Below the pieces are notes generated by a model, which worked only from the letters and a program-made list of their open reading frames with translations, searched no databases and was not told the DNA's origin. From Macrostomum lignano (lineage: Eukaryota): 64,000 nt of DNA. The DNA is taken from the NCBI GenBank assembly GCA_002269645.1, contig NIVC01000701.1, forward strand, positions 1 through 64,000. Reading direction: 5' to 3'. Of this stretch, positions 35,770 to 49,292 are shown piece by piece. How positions within the stretch are numbered: the first letter of the stretch is position 1; the number at the start of each line of letters is the position of its first letter. A program made the position numbers and the translations under genes.

Positions 35770-37289
35770 TGCTCCCGTTTTGTATGCTAATTTGTATGTA
35801 ACTTGTATTGTTCTACTGTTAGTAGCAAGGGATGCTATAATTACTTTGGAAAACCGTTTTGTACAAAATGACAGATAAAAATAAATTCTCCAATTAATAT
35901 TTTTTGAAGAGCAGACAAATTTTCGCCTTCCGAAACGTGATAATATAACGATTAACAGCGTAAAACTATGTTTATAGTGTTTTGACTATAACAACGGAAA
36001 CTGTTTACAAAAGTTTGTACGAGCTTAGTAATCCAAATACAGCTCGAAGTGATACCAAGATGGATAGGCTGCTATGGACAGAAATGACGGGCGTTGGGCC
36101 TATCCATAATATATTGTAGCATTTTGTAGCCACTTGGGCTCACAAGCATTGAATTTAATCAAAGATCGATATGCTTCTCAAAGTAACGGAGCTTTTGTCT
36201 ATGGTAGCAAGGCTGGCACAGCAGCATTTAATTTGGTCCAACAAGCATTAATGGCTTCTGTATCAAGGAGTTCTATAATTAGTATTAAACCACTTTATAG
36301 CATTAGCATTATGCTAATTATAGAACTCCTTGTTCTGTATAAATAAGTAAAGCTGTCTATGGCTTTTCGCAACGGGCAACCAGAAAACAGCAGCATTTTA
36401 AAAGACTTGCGAGTAGCGTCCTCTTTACGTATATCGTTAATGGTCCTGAATGGAATTGTGCTAAGAAAAATAACTACGACATTCTAGAATGCTCCCACGT
36501 GACCATCATGAGACTATATAATGAAAAAATATAAAGAAAAAAACGTCAGTCAGTCAACGCATATTTGCCCCTGTCAATGTCAGCAGCAGTCAAAAAGTCA
36601 ATCATTCATGATATATTATAAGACCGCATTGTATACCATAGCCTCTATAGAGTCCCTTGCTGGGTGTGTGTCAGCAGTTCAACTTTATATACGCAATGAC
36701 TAAAGCAATGGGATCTAGGGGCCTGAGTCTCAATCCTTCAGCTGCACCCAACTAACTCAAATAATCCTAACCCCCCACCCCCCTTATAGTGTTTGCTGAG
36801 GCGCTGGGATCCGCAAGGCCTTTTGTGAGCCTCTTACGTCAAGACCCCCCCCAAGCATCCACCGCGCCACACAGCGCACGCTAACTGAGCAAAACAGACC
36901 CTGATAACTCCAGGCTCCACACCTGCATAAACCAATGACGGACATCAAAAAACTGGTTACAGAGGCGGCGGACACTCTTGTTCCGACAAAGACCAACCCC
37001 CAGCTGCGAAGATTTCAATCAATCACTATACAGGCGGCACACAGTGACATGTTGTTACTTAAATAGCTTGTCATTTATATGAAACCCTCGATTGTGTTTA
37101 GATCGCAAAAATAGCATTTTTTTATTCGGCGCGAAAATTTCTGATGCGACATATTTTCATTGTGAAGCTGCACTGGCTCTTTGGTGCAAGTTTAACTTAA
37201 GGAGTAAAACTGACCGTCTGTCACCTGCCCCTGCTATCTGCTAACTGCTATTCCATATCCCTCTCCTTTTCACCATTTTAATCTCATCT

Positions 37290-37620
37290 TCTCTCATCTT
37301 TCTTGCTCACCCCTCTCCCTCTCACCCCTCTCCCTCTCACCCTTTTCCCTCTCACCCCTCTCCCCTCACCCCTCTCCCCCTCACCCCTCTCCCTCTCACC
37401 CCTCTCCCTCTCACCCCTCTCCCTCTCACCCCTCTCCCTCTCACCCCTCTCCCTCTCACCCCTCTCCCTCTCACCGCTCTCCCTCTCATCCCTCTCCCTC
37501 TCACCCCTCTCGCGCTCACCCCTCTCCCTCTCACCCCTCTCCCTCTCACCCCTCTCCCTCTCACCCCTCTCCCTCTCACACGTCTCCTTCTCACCTCTTT
37601 CCCTCTTCTCACCCTCTCTT
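37290..37620. repeat. 15-bp pyrimidine minisatellite (ctcacccctctccct)
   Basis: Directly visible; reverse complement of the 39315-39700 array. Confidence 0.92.
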
Positions 37621-38239
37621 TAACCTGAAACACAGCTCAGCCACCTCACCGCATTAGAAAAAGAGGATTTGAGACAGAGATTCGGTACTCAGCTGATTCT
37701 CATTCAGGGGTCTCTCTACTGTCATCCCCCTCTCTCACACACACACTCACCTCCCCTCGTCCCTTACCCTCATCCCTCAACTCCGATAAAAGTTGCTTCT
37801 ATTTTGATTTATTGCAGCCCGTGCAAGAGGAGTTGCTGCGCGACACCTTAAAAACTCGATAGTGGAACCCCCTCCCCCCAGAAAATGGATGCGAGCATAT
37901 TTTAATTCCCCTGGGGAGTCTGCGCGACCCCGGCTGAGCAACCTGTTGACTTTTTAATAGCAGCAGCTTGCGGGCTTTATAGAACGAGTTTTTGGGATGC
38001 CTCAGACTCGATCTCAAATCGATCGAGCTGTCGGGACAAAGATTGAAGCTTTCTATATTATGAGCTACTATTCAGATGCTAGCTAGGGGGAGTGAAAATA
38101 GATCAATTAGACAAATTAAGTCTTTGTTGCAGATTTTAACTCTGATAAAAGCGCTATAACTTATTCTGTATTAGCGGCATCAGCTATGCATCATAAATCA
38201 TTGACGGAAACCATGCAGCGTTCTCCTTAGAGATTTGTA

Positions 38240-38480
38240 GATGGATGATGGAGAGAGTGAGAGAAGGAGAGGGGCGAGAAGGAGATGATAAGAAGATGAT
38301 GATGAGGGAGAGGATGAGGGAGAGGATGAGGGAGAGGATGAGGGAGATGATGAGGGAGATGATGAGGGAGAAGATGAGGGAGAGGATGAGGAATAGGAAG
38401 AGGGAGAGTATGAGGGAGTGGATGAAAGGGAGAGTTAGAGGGAGATGATGGGGGAGAGGAAGAGGGAGATGATGAGGTAC
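38240..38480. repeat. GA-rich 12-bp repeat (gaggatgaggga)
   Basis: Directly visible. Confidence 0.85.
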
Positions 38481-38611
38481 AGGGGGGGGACAGGGGGGAC
38501 ATGTCCCCCCAGTAAAAGCTCTGGGGGGGACATGCCAATGCTTTGTCCCCCCCACCCCACCTTGTGGCCCGTTGTGGAAATCAATAATTTTGCTGTATGG
38601 CGACAAAACAT

Positions 38612-38760
38612 AGCGCCTGCGTCGCTAAAATGAGTGCTCTGGCGCTAAAATGAGTGCTCTGGCGCTAAAATGAGTGCTCTGGCGCTAAAATGAGTGCCCG
38701 CGGCGCTAAAATGAGTGCCTGCGGCGCTAAAATGAGTGCCTGCGGCGCTAAAATGATTGC
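38612..38760. repeat. 20/21-bp tandem repeat (gcgctaaaatgagtgctctg), possibly inside a degenerate MITE ending tggcgacgcccctg (~38870)
   Basis: Seven copies visible; the MITE context is only suggestive. Confidence 0.8.
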
Positions 38761-39314
38761 TGACAACACCGATTCTGAAAAGAATATACATGTAGGAATT
38801 TAGTCATGTACATGTTGAATTCTTGGCTTTGTCCCCCCCCCACCATAAAATCCATGGCGACGCCCCTGATGAGGTAGGTAGTGGATGAAAGGGAGAGGAT
38901 GAGGGAGTGGATGAAAGGGAGAGGTGTCGCGGGTGAGGAGGCGATTTAAACACCGGGAAACTGCTGTAAAAGTTCTTTAGAGGTGGCAGCTGCTGCCCTA
39001 CAAATACACTGGCGCATGCGAGATACCTCAAACTTTATTCAGCGTTTGTTTAACCCTGGCCACACCGGAACTCAAGCTGTTTCGCAAGCAGAAGACAGGC
39101 AAGCTGCTTCAAAATTGATCAATCTTAGCTCTGTCGTGAGTCACGCGAATTAAAGGCGTGTCACAATCGAATCACGTGATTATCTATAGCTTTGAAATAT
39201 GGCTTGCAGATTGTACGCTAGTACTTATGTTGAATTCATGTATCATACTTAGAAAAAGGAGGCTTTCAATACTAATAAATTAAGTTACAATTTGTTTATG
39301 ACAGTGGGAAGGGT

Positions 39315-39700
39315 TACAGGGAGAGGGGTGAGAGGGAGAGGTGTGAGAGGGAGAGGGGTGAGAGGGAGAGGGCTGAGAGGGAGAGGGGTGAGAGGAGAGG
39401 GACAGGGGTGAGAGGGAGAGGGATGAGAGGGAGGGGGTGAGAGGGAGAGGGGTGAGAGGGAGAGGGATGAGAGGGAGAGGGGTGAGAGGGAGAGGGGTGA
39501 GAGGGAGAGGGGTGAGAGGGAGAGGGGTGAGAGGGAGAGGGATGAGAGGGAGAGGGCTGAGAGGGAGAGGGGTGAGAGGAGAGGGACAGGGGTGAGAGGG
39601 AGAGGGATGAGAGGGAGGGGGTGAGAGGGAGAGGGGTGAGAGGGAGAGGGGTGAGAGGGAGAGGATGAGAGGGAGGGGGTGAGAGGGAGGGTGAGAGGGA
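39315..39700. repeat. 15-bp purine minisatellite (agagggagaggggtg)
   Basis: Directly visible. Confidence 0.92.
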
Positions 39701-40249
39701 GAACTAAGGGTGAGATTGGCAGGAGGTAAAGAAGAAGGTTGGCAGTAGATGGGGGGAGTAGAGCAGGAGTGAGTGAGTTAGCAGATATCACAGATATCAG
39801 GAGCAGAGGCTGAGACAGAAGGGGACTGACAGAATTCGTTTCCCCAGCTGCAGAAACCAGAAGCAATCAGGCGGCAGTGTGAGTTTAAAGAGTCAGTCAA
39901 TACTCTGGCACCGAACGGCCGAGGCTGGCCATGCGTTGCGCAATGCTTATCTTCTACGCAACCAACTGATACGGGGAGGCCGATGGATCAGCCAATATCG
40001 TGGACCCCTGGGGGGGGAGGGAGAACTGGTGTTTCAGTTGGAATTTTGGCTATTCAGCCAAAGTCGAAACAGAAGGCGCGAAGTTTTGAGCGGCATAGTT
40101 ACCAATGGTTACCAATGCCCCATTGGGGCTCGCTGACATGGGGTTTGTAAAATATGTCTCTGAATAAGCAGCGACTGAAGAGGCGTGTGAGAGAGGGAAA
40201 AAGAGACACACAGAGAATTAATAGGAACATGAATAAGGGAGAAGGAGAA

Positions 40250-40900
40250 TTTGGAGGGGGATCAGACAGAAAGCATCAGAGAAGGGAATCAGGGAGGGGG
40301 GACCAGAGAGGGGGAATCAGAAGGGAAATCAGTGAAAGAGGATCAGAGATGGAAATCAGAAAGGGGAAATCAGTGAAAGGGAATCAGAGAGAGAGAATTA
40401 GTGGGGGGGAAGCAGAGATGGGGAAGCAGAGAGGGGGAAGCAGAGATGAGAAGCAGAGATGGGGAAGCAGAGAGGGGTGAGCAGAGAGGGGGAATCAGTG
40501 AGAGGGAATCAGTGAGGGGAAATCAGTGAGAGGGAATCAGAGATTCGAATCAGAGGCGGGGAAGCAGAGAGGGGGAATCAGAGATGGGGAAGCAGAGAGG
40601 GGGGAGCAGAAAGGGGGAATCAGAGATGGGAATCAGAGAGGGGGAATCAGAGAGGGGGAATCAGAGAGGGGGAATCAGAGAGGGGGAATCAGAGAGGGGG
40701 AATCAGAGAGGGGGAATCAGAGAGGGGGAATCAGAGAAGGGGAATCAGAGATGCGAGTCAGAGACGGGGAAGCAGAGAGGGAAAGCAAAGAGGGGGAATC
40801 AGAGACGGGGAATCAGAGACGGGGAAGCAGAGAGGGGAAGCAAATAGGGGGAATCAGAGATGGGAAATCAGAGAGGGAGGAATGAGAGATTAGGAATCAG
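40250..40900. repeat. GA-rich ~15-bp minisatellite (gggggaatcagaga)
   Basis: Directly visible, degenerate at edges. Confidence 0.88.
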
Positions 40901-41663
40901 AGACAGACAAATCAAGTAACGCTTAGCCACAATTCTTTCCGGGAATTCTGTGTAACATTTTTATGTTCAGTCTCCGATTGCCAGGCGCAACAAGCTCGTC
41001 CGCTCGTACAGCAAAATAACTTTCAGGTCACAAAGTTCAGAGCTTGAGCTGTGCCCTCGAGTGAGCACAGATACTAACAGATAGCGCCGACAGAAAACTT
41101 TTTTTGCTACATGTTTTTCGTTTCAAACCCGATAACTGAGACAAACAACACTACAAATAATAAGGTCAGTTTTAAAGAATGGTGAGATTTTAAACCAATT
41201 CTGCGCAAACGCAAACTGTACAGATTTGCTTAAATGATTAGAAATGTCTGCAAAATCGACCTGCACCGAAATTGTACTGTTTTTAAAACCGGCAGCGTAG
41301 AAAATCCGATAATTAGTCTACTATAAGTAAACTAAAGGAAAATTACAATTAATTTATGTCCCAGCCAGATCTTCCTATTGGCTGTCGGCGAATAAGAATC
41401 GGGATTGGTGAAAACTCTTTATTAAACCGCAATAGAGAGGAGTCAGGGGAGGGGAGAGAGAGAGAGCTGAGCCCGAGCAGGAGGTGAAGCAATCAATTTT
41501 GCTGAGGAAAATTTGTAGCCTACAAATTTGGAGCAGATGTCAGTGGCTAAGCCTGGGCCGCTTTCACCTGATACTCGCTCACTCAGCCATTCTAGTCAGG
41601 GCAGCCGCTTAAATATAATTTCAATTTTAAATCGTCATGATTAAAAGTCAGTCAACTCATCAG

Positions 41664-41784
41664 GCCTCGGCTGTGGGCTCCGTGCCGGTTGTAGTCAAGT
41701 GCACCAGGTTCGACGCGGCTCAGGCGGTTCACTGGATCCCGGCGTGTGACAGCGGCGACTCATTCTCATCAGACTCGGATTCTG
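41664..41784 (+). CDS. Candidate internal exon of an unidentified host gene (ASAVGSVPVVVKCTRFDAAQAVHWIPACDSGDSFSSDSDS)
   Basis: Acceptor catcag| and strong donor |GTGAGT; only one frame open; GC-rich island followed directly by a minisatellite. Confidence 0.35.
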
Positions 41785-41799
41785 GTGAGTCTATGACTA

Positions 41800-42290
41800 A
41801 GTCTGTGACCGACTCTGTCTATGATCGATCCTGTCTATGACCGATTCTGTCTATGACCGATTCTGTCTATGATCCATTCTGTCTATGACCGATCCTGTCT
41901 ATGACCTATTCTGTCTATGACCCATTATGTCTCTGACCCATTCTATCTTTGACCCATTCTTTCTATGACCCATTCTGTCTATCACCCATTCTGTCTATTA
42001 CCGATTTTGTCTATGATCCATTCTGTCTATGACCGATTCTGTCTATGACAGATTCTGTCTATGACCGATCCTGTCTATGACCTATCCAGTCTATGACCTA
42101 TTCTGTCTATGACCCATTCTTTCTATGACCCATTCTGTCTATCACCATTCTGTCTATTACCGATTCTGTCTATAACCCATTATGTCTATGACCTATTCTG
42201 TCTATGACCCATTCTGTCTATTAATGATCCTGTCTATGACCCTTTCTGTCTATGACCAATTCTGTCTATGACCAATTCTGTCTATGTCCT
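41800..42290. repeat. 16-bp minisatellite (ttctgtctatgacc[c/g]a), ~30 copies
   Basis: Directly visible. Confidence 0.93.
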
Positions 42291-43180
42291 AGTAGCCATT
42301 TGCATGCCACCGGCACTTCGTAATTAAGTCGCTGCATCGTATTTCCTCCTACCTTCCCTAGCCACGAGTTCCTTGCTTTCAAGCTAAAAATAGCAAGCAT
42401 TTCCTCAATTTCCTTTTGTTTTCATAGCTTGCATCTATCACGGCTCTCACGGCTTGAATGCTTCTGAGAGATAGAAAGTACTTTAGAAAAAAATGGAAAG
42501 CCTTCGCTTAATTTTCATGCATAAAAAATCTCGAAAAAAATCTTTTTTCTAAAAAATGTCAAGTGATTTTTTAATCATTTTTTTGACTTGCCGTTTTGAT
42601 TGTTTCGAATAGCAACGAACAAAACATTTGAATTATTTTTGCTCATACGTTTTACGGTTCAATTTCAAACCAATAAAATCTGTGGCCGCCGCCTGTTATT
42701 GAAAAGTTCCACTCCAACCAACACTGCTCAGATGAACTCCAGCAATTCAAAATCCCGAGTCTGGTTGCTATGCGGGCAAAATTTCTGATTCCCAAAAGGC
42801 GCGGAGACTCCCGGCCTGAACTAACCTAATCGAGCTGATAATCTTTGCTTCGCCTGAGAAATTTTTCTCTCTTGGACTTGGTCTGATATTCTCCGGGAGA
42901 AATTGAGTTAATCTACTTTTTCGCTCGCCCAGGAGACGGCTCTCTCGCTAGAAAAAGCAATGAAGAAGTCGAACTAGATTTCCTCTGCAAGCGAAAGCGA
43001 CACTGCAGGACCAAACTCGAATTTCTCATTTTTCTTCTTAGACAAGAATCGAAGAAAATTGAAGTCTATCTGAGTATTTTTAGTGCTGGCAGTTGTGGCA
43101 CAAGCGAACTTTGCTGAATAAGAGTTCACTGACAACTGACTCATTCCATTGCTGCTGGCAGGAATTTAAAATAATAAAAA

Positions 43181-44407
43181 GCACACAGACTGAAGTATGA
43201 GCACACAGACTGGAGTATGAGCACACAGACTAGAGTATGAGCACACAGACTGGAGTATGAGCACACAGACTGGAGTATGAGCACACAGACTGGAGTATGA
43301 GCACACAGACTGGAGTATGAGCACACAGACTGGAGTATGAGCACACAGACTGGAGTATGAGCACACAGACTGGAGTATGAGCACACAGACTGGAGTATGA
43401 GCACACAGACTGGAGTATGAGCACACAGACTGGAGTATGAGCACACAGACTGGAGTATGAGCACACAGACTGGAGTATGAGCACACAGACTGGAGTATGA
43501 GCACACAGACTGGAGTATGAGCACACAGACTGGAGTATGAGCACACAGACTGGAGTATGAGCACACAGACTGGAGTATGAGCACACAGACTGGAATATGA
43601 GCACACAGACTGAGAGGGGAGCATACAGACTGGAGTATGAGCACACAGACTGGAGTATGAGCACACAGACTGAGAGGGGAGCACACAGACTGGAATATGA
43701 GCACACAGACTGGAGTATGAGCACACAGACTGGAGTATGAACACACAGACTGGAGTATGAGCACACAGACTGGAATATGAGCACACAGACTGGAGTATGA
43801 GCACACAGACTGAAGTATGAGCACACAGACTGGAATATGAGCACACAGACTGGAATATGAGCACACATACTGAAGTATGAGCACACAAACTGGAGTATGA
43901 GCACACAGACTGGAGTATGAGCACACAGACTGGAGTATGAGCACACAGACTGGAGTATGAGCACACAGACTGGAGTATGAGCACACAGACTGGAGTATGA
44001 GCACACAGACTGGAGTATGAGCACACAGACTGGAATATGAGCACACAGACTGGAGTATGAGCACACAGACTGGAATATGAGCACACAGACTGGAGTATGA
44101 GCACACAGACTGGAGTATGAGCACACAGACTGGAGTATGAGCACACAGACTGGAATATGAGCACACAGACTGGAATATGAGCACACAGACTGGGAGGGGA
44201 GCACACAGACTGGAGTATGAGCACACAGACTGGAATATGAGCACACAGACTGGAATATGAGCACACAGACTGGGAGGGGAGCACACAGACTGGAGTATGA
44301 GCACACAGACTGGAATATGAGCACACAGACTGGGAGGGGAGCACACAGACTGGAGTATGAGCACACAGACTGGGAGGGGAGTACACAGACTGCAATATGA
44401 GCACACA
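43181..44407. repeat. 20-bp minisatellite (gcacacagactggagtatga), ~61 copies
   Basis: Exact 20-bp period with recurring variants (ggaatatga, gggagggga). Confidence 0.98.
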
Positions 44408-45083
44408 GGCTGCTGGAGGGGAGTGGCGGTACAGAGGCAGAGAATGAGGCATAGACATTTTGATTGATTGACATTGCTGCATCTGTCAAAAAATAATCAA
44501 CAATAACAGTGATAAATAACAAAGAAAGCACAGCGTGGAGTGAGATGATGACCCCAGTAAAATTTGAAAATAACTTTGCGGTTAAGTCCCTCGCTTTGTT
44601 CATCTCGAACCACCCCCTCCTCCCTCTACTCATTCATTCACTCAAGTCACTTTGCCGGCAAAATATGCGTGACTTCAACCCTTGGAGCTAAAAATAGTTA
44701 TATGACATACGGCTGGTATGGTATTGTAGTTAGAGCTCTGAGTTGGGGTCTGGGCGTGAAATGAGTAAAGAGGCTGCTGACCCGCCAGGGCCCCCAGCTC
44801 GGGTCAGCGTGACTGACACCCTGCAGGCGGCATTTGCAATAATTCTCTGACCCCGCCTGAGACTGAGCCCCTGCTCTGCTCTCCTCTCGCTCTTTCAAGC
44901 TGGCCCCAAACGGGTCACTGCAGGGGTCACCTTATCGCTTTCTTATTTTCTAGTTCTTTTTTCTCTAAAATCTTTATGTTATGCTGTGTTGCCGTTTCAT
45001 CTGCTACGGGGCACCGCTTAAACTCTGCGGCCTGTTGAGATGTTGAGACCGAAAAAGATTGCGGTCTATTATATGAAGACTGA

Positions 45084-45689
45084 CCACTGAAGGATGGCGC
45101 CTCACCCCCACTGAAGGATGGCGCCTCACCCCACTGAAGGATGGCGCCTCACCCCACTGAAGGATGGCGCCTCACCCCCACTGAAGGATGGCGCCTCACC
45201 CCCACTGAAGGATGGCGCCTCACCCCCACTGAAGGATGGCGCCTCACCCCCATTGAAGGATGGCGCCTCACCCCCACTGAAGGATGGCGCCTCACCCCAC
45301 TGAAGGATGGCGCCTCACCCCCACTGAAGGATGGCGCCTCACCCCACTGAAGGATGGCGCCTCACCCCCACTGAAGGATGGCGCCTCACCCCCACTGAAG
45401 GATGGCACCTCACCCCCACTGAAGGATGGCGCCTCACCCCCACTGAAGGATGGCGCCTCACCCCACTGAAGGATGGCACCTCACCCCACTGAAGGATGGC
45501 ACCTCACCCCCACTGAAGGATGGCGCCTCACCCCCACTGAAGGATGGCACCTCACCCCCACTGAAGGATGGCGCCTCACCCCCACTGAAGGATGGCGCCT
45601 CACCCCCACTGAAGGATGGCGCCTCACCCCCACTGAAGGATGGCGCCTCACCCCCACTGAAGGATGGCGCCTCACCCCACTGAAGGATG
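45084..45689. repeat. 24-bp minisatellite (ctgaaggatggcgcctcaccccca), ~25 copies
   Basis: Directly visible; some 23-bp units. Confidence 0.97.
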
Positions 45690-46162
45690 ACTGCTTGCCC
45701 CTGAAAGATGATTGCTTGCCCCTGAAGGACAGCGCCTCGCCCCCAATCGCAGTTCGCTCCCCGCGCTTCCCAGAGCCAAGGCGCGGCACACCGGCACACA
45801 GACACCTGTCCATTTCGCCAAGCATGCTGCAGGAATTGGGAAAAATGGGTCAGTTCGAATGTAGCGCAGCGGGACGGGCAATCCTAGAAGGGAGGGGTGA
45901 GTCACCGCAGTCCACTTCAGCTGCATGGCTGCCCAGCCTCCCGTCTACATCAGACCGCAAAGTGCGCGCTAAAAAGCAGTGAAATATCGTCTATTTTCTG
46001 CAAAAATTGAAAACTCTCATATTTTCAGACGTAGCAGAATTTTTCTACGCGTAATATCTTTTCTCCCATTAAAATGTCGAAGTTTTTGGACGCAAATTTT
46101 ATCTGAAATCCTCGAAGTGCGCAAATTCAGTCGATTTTTAAAACGGACGGAGACTGGAACTC

Positions 46163-46841
46163 ACTGACTGACTGACTGACTGACTGACTGACTGACTGAC
46201 TGACTGACTGACTGACTGACTGACTGACTGACTGACTGACTGACTGACTGACTGACTGACTGACTGACTGACTGACTGACTGACTGACTGACTGACTGAC
46301 TGACTGGCTGACTGACTGACTGACTGACTGACTGACTGACTGGCTGACTGACTGACTGACTGGCTGACTGACTGACTGACTGGCTGACTGACTGACTGAC
46401 TGACTGACTGACTGACTGACTGACTGACTGACTGACTGGCTGACTGACTGACTGACTGACTGACTGACTGACTGACTGACTGACTGACTGACTGACTGAC
46501 TGACTGGCTGACTGACTGACTGACTGACTGACTGACTGACTGACTGACTGACTGACTGACTGACTGACTGACTGACTGACTGACTGACTGACTGACTGAC
46601 TGACTGACTGACTGACTGGCTGACTGACTGACTGACTGACTGACTGACTGACTGACTGACTGACTGACTGACTGACTGACTGACTGACTGGCTGACTGAC
46701 TGACTGACTGACTGACTGACTGACTGACTGACTGACTGACTGACTGACTGACTGACTGACTGACTGACTGACTGACTGACTGACTGGCTGACTGACTGAC
46801 TGACTGACTGACTGACTGACTGACTGACTGACTGACTGACT
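46163..46841. repeat. (ACTG)n tetranucleotide microsatellite, ~170 copies
   Basis: Directly visible, with occasional GCTG variants. Confidence 0.99.
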
Positions 46842-47858
46842 CCCTGTCTCTCCCTGTCTCTCCCTGTCTCTCCCTCTCTATCCCTGTCTCTCCCCTGTCT
46901 ATCCCTGTCTCTCCCTGTTTCTCCCTGTCTCTCCCCTGTCTCTCCCTGTCTATCATGGTCTCTCCCCTGTCTCTCGCCTGTCTATCCCTGTCTCTCCCTG
47001 TCTATCCCTGTCTCTCCCCTGTCTCTCCCTGTCTATCCCTGTCTCTCCCTGTCTCTCCCCTGTCTCTCCCTGTCTATCCCTGTCTATCCCTGTCTCTCGC
47101 CTGTCTCTCCCTGTCTATCCCTGTCTCTCCCCTGTCTCTCCCTGTCTCTCGCCTGTCTATCCCTGTCTATCCCTGTCTCTCCCTGTCTATCCCCTGTCTC
47201 TCCCCTGTCTCTCGCCTGTCTCTCCCCTGTCTCTCCCTGTCTCTCCCTGTCTCTCCCTGTCTCTCCCTGTCTATCCCCTGTCTCTCCCCTGTCTCTCCCC
47301 TGTCTCTCCCTTGTCTCTCGCCTGTCTCTCCCTGTCTATCCCTGTCTCTCCCTGTCTCTCCCTGTCTATCCCTGTCTCTCCCTGTCTCTCCCTGTCTCTC
47401 CCTGTCTATCCCTGTCTCTCCCCTGTCTCTCCCTGTCTCTCCCTGTCTCTCCCTGTCTCTCCCTGTCTCTCCCTGTCTCTCCCTGTCTATCCCTGTCTCT
47501 CCCCTGTCTCTCCCTGTCTCTCCCTGTCTATCCCTGTCTCTCCCCTGTCTCTCCCTGTCTCTCCCTGTCTCTCCCTGTCTCTCCCTGTCTCTCGCCCGTC
47601 TCTCCCTGTCTATCCCTGTCTGTCCCTGTCTCTCGCCTGTCTCTCCCCTGTCTCTCCCTGTCTCTCCCTGTCTCTCCCTGTCTCTCCCTGTCTCTCCCTG
47701 TCTCTCCCTGTCTATCCCTGTCTCTCCCCTGTCTCTCCCTGTCTCTCCCTGTCTATCCCTGTCTCTCCCCTGTCTCTCCCTGTCTCTCCCTGTCTCTCCC
47801 TGTCTCTCCCTGTCTCTCGCCCGTCTCTCCCTGTCTATCCCTGTCTCTCCCTGTCTGT
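46842..47858. repeat. 10/11-bp minisatellite (ccctgtctct)
   Basis: Directly visible; abuts the ACTG array. Confidence 0.96.
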
Positions 47859-48409
47859 CCCAGCAGCACTCCCGACCCATCAAGTCCCCATATAAGCTGT
47901 TGGGGCTGCAGCAGCCGGTCATCATTCAGCCGTATTTTTTCGCCGCGTCTTAATTACAAAAAAGAACCAGGCGCATCGTGTATGAACCAGGCTGGAGGGC
48001 CGAAGGAGGCGAAAAAGGGGAAGATTCCCCAGCCCCCCGGACACCGCGACCCGGCTGATTAGCGCAGGTGCCGAGCCGCAGACTCCACCACCACCGCTCC
48101 CCTTCATCCTGTCGGATTTTCTCCCAACTACGGTTTTTTACCCTGGCCAGAAATTCCGCCCGCCAACCCATGTCCCAACCCCTGCCGGCCCAATCTCCCA
48201 ACCCCTCTGAATATGAACTGAGTGAATTTACTCCTGCCTTAGTTGGAGAATTTGCAGCGCTGGATCCCCCCAGTCAACCTGACCCCCCCCCGATCCTCAG
48301 GTCCAATCCATGGAGACCTTTGATACAAATATCTGGCATGGGGAAAATCACCATGTATGGCTCTGCATTATTTATCTGCCTATGACTCCATTTACCTTGT
48401 CAACCCCAT

Positions 48410-48650
48410 GCATTTGGCTACCCTTTTTTCTACCCTTTTGTCTACCCTTTTGTCTACCCTTTTGTCTACACTTTTGTCTAACATTTTGTCTACCCTTTTG
48501 TCTACCCCATTTGTCTACCCTTTTGTCTACGCTTCTGTCTACCCTTTTGGCTACCCTTTTGTCTACCCTTTTGTCTACGCTTCTGTCTACCCTATTTGTC
48601 TACCCTTTTGTCTACCCCCTGTCTATCTCCTTGTCTACACCTTTTTGTAT
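48410..48650. repeat. 12-bp repeat (ttttgtctaccc)
   Basis: Directly visible. Confidence 0.9.
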
Positions 48651-49292
48651 TTTTCGTTTTTAAGCTGAGAGGAAATAAAAGAAAATATCTATTAAAATTT
48701 TAGCAGTCGGTGTTGACAGTTTATTAATATTAACAAAAATACAATATAAAAATTCACCCAATCTGAAGCAGACATTTTTTTAATCTGACCATTTTTGTCC
48801 ATATGCAGTTTCTAAAAAGCATTGTCTAGAAGTATAGAAACCCATGTGTAGCCCTAATCCCCCTGACTAATACCCATATCAGGGCAAAGGGGGTTGTGCT
48901 TGTAGTCAGAGCGGAACAGAGCGAATGAATTGAGTGTGAGAGACAGGCAGAGGGGGTTTAAGCCCGGCTTCGTTGGCACACGGAACAGGTGGGGGATCGG
49001 CTCTCTCCCGTTCTCCCAGTTCCCCTCTCCTCCTCTCCTTTTCATCCCCATACCGACCGACTTCCTTTCACTTCAGGTTTTTCATGTCGAACTGATTCCG
49101 GGCGCGGTTCTGAGCCACCTACACCCGTTAAAAGCAGATCTTAGCCGATTCTTTTTCGAAATGAACCCCCGACCCCTGATCACCGATCTGCGCTTAAAAC
49201 CGAAGCCCCAGCTTCCCTTGTAAGAAATCTTCGCACATTTCGCAAATTGTTTTTCTGATACTGTTTTTGGGAATTGCTTTCGCTCGCATGAC

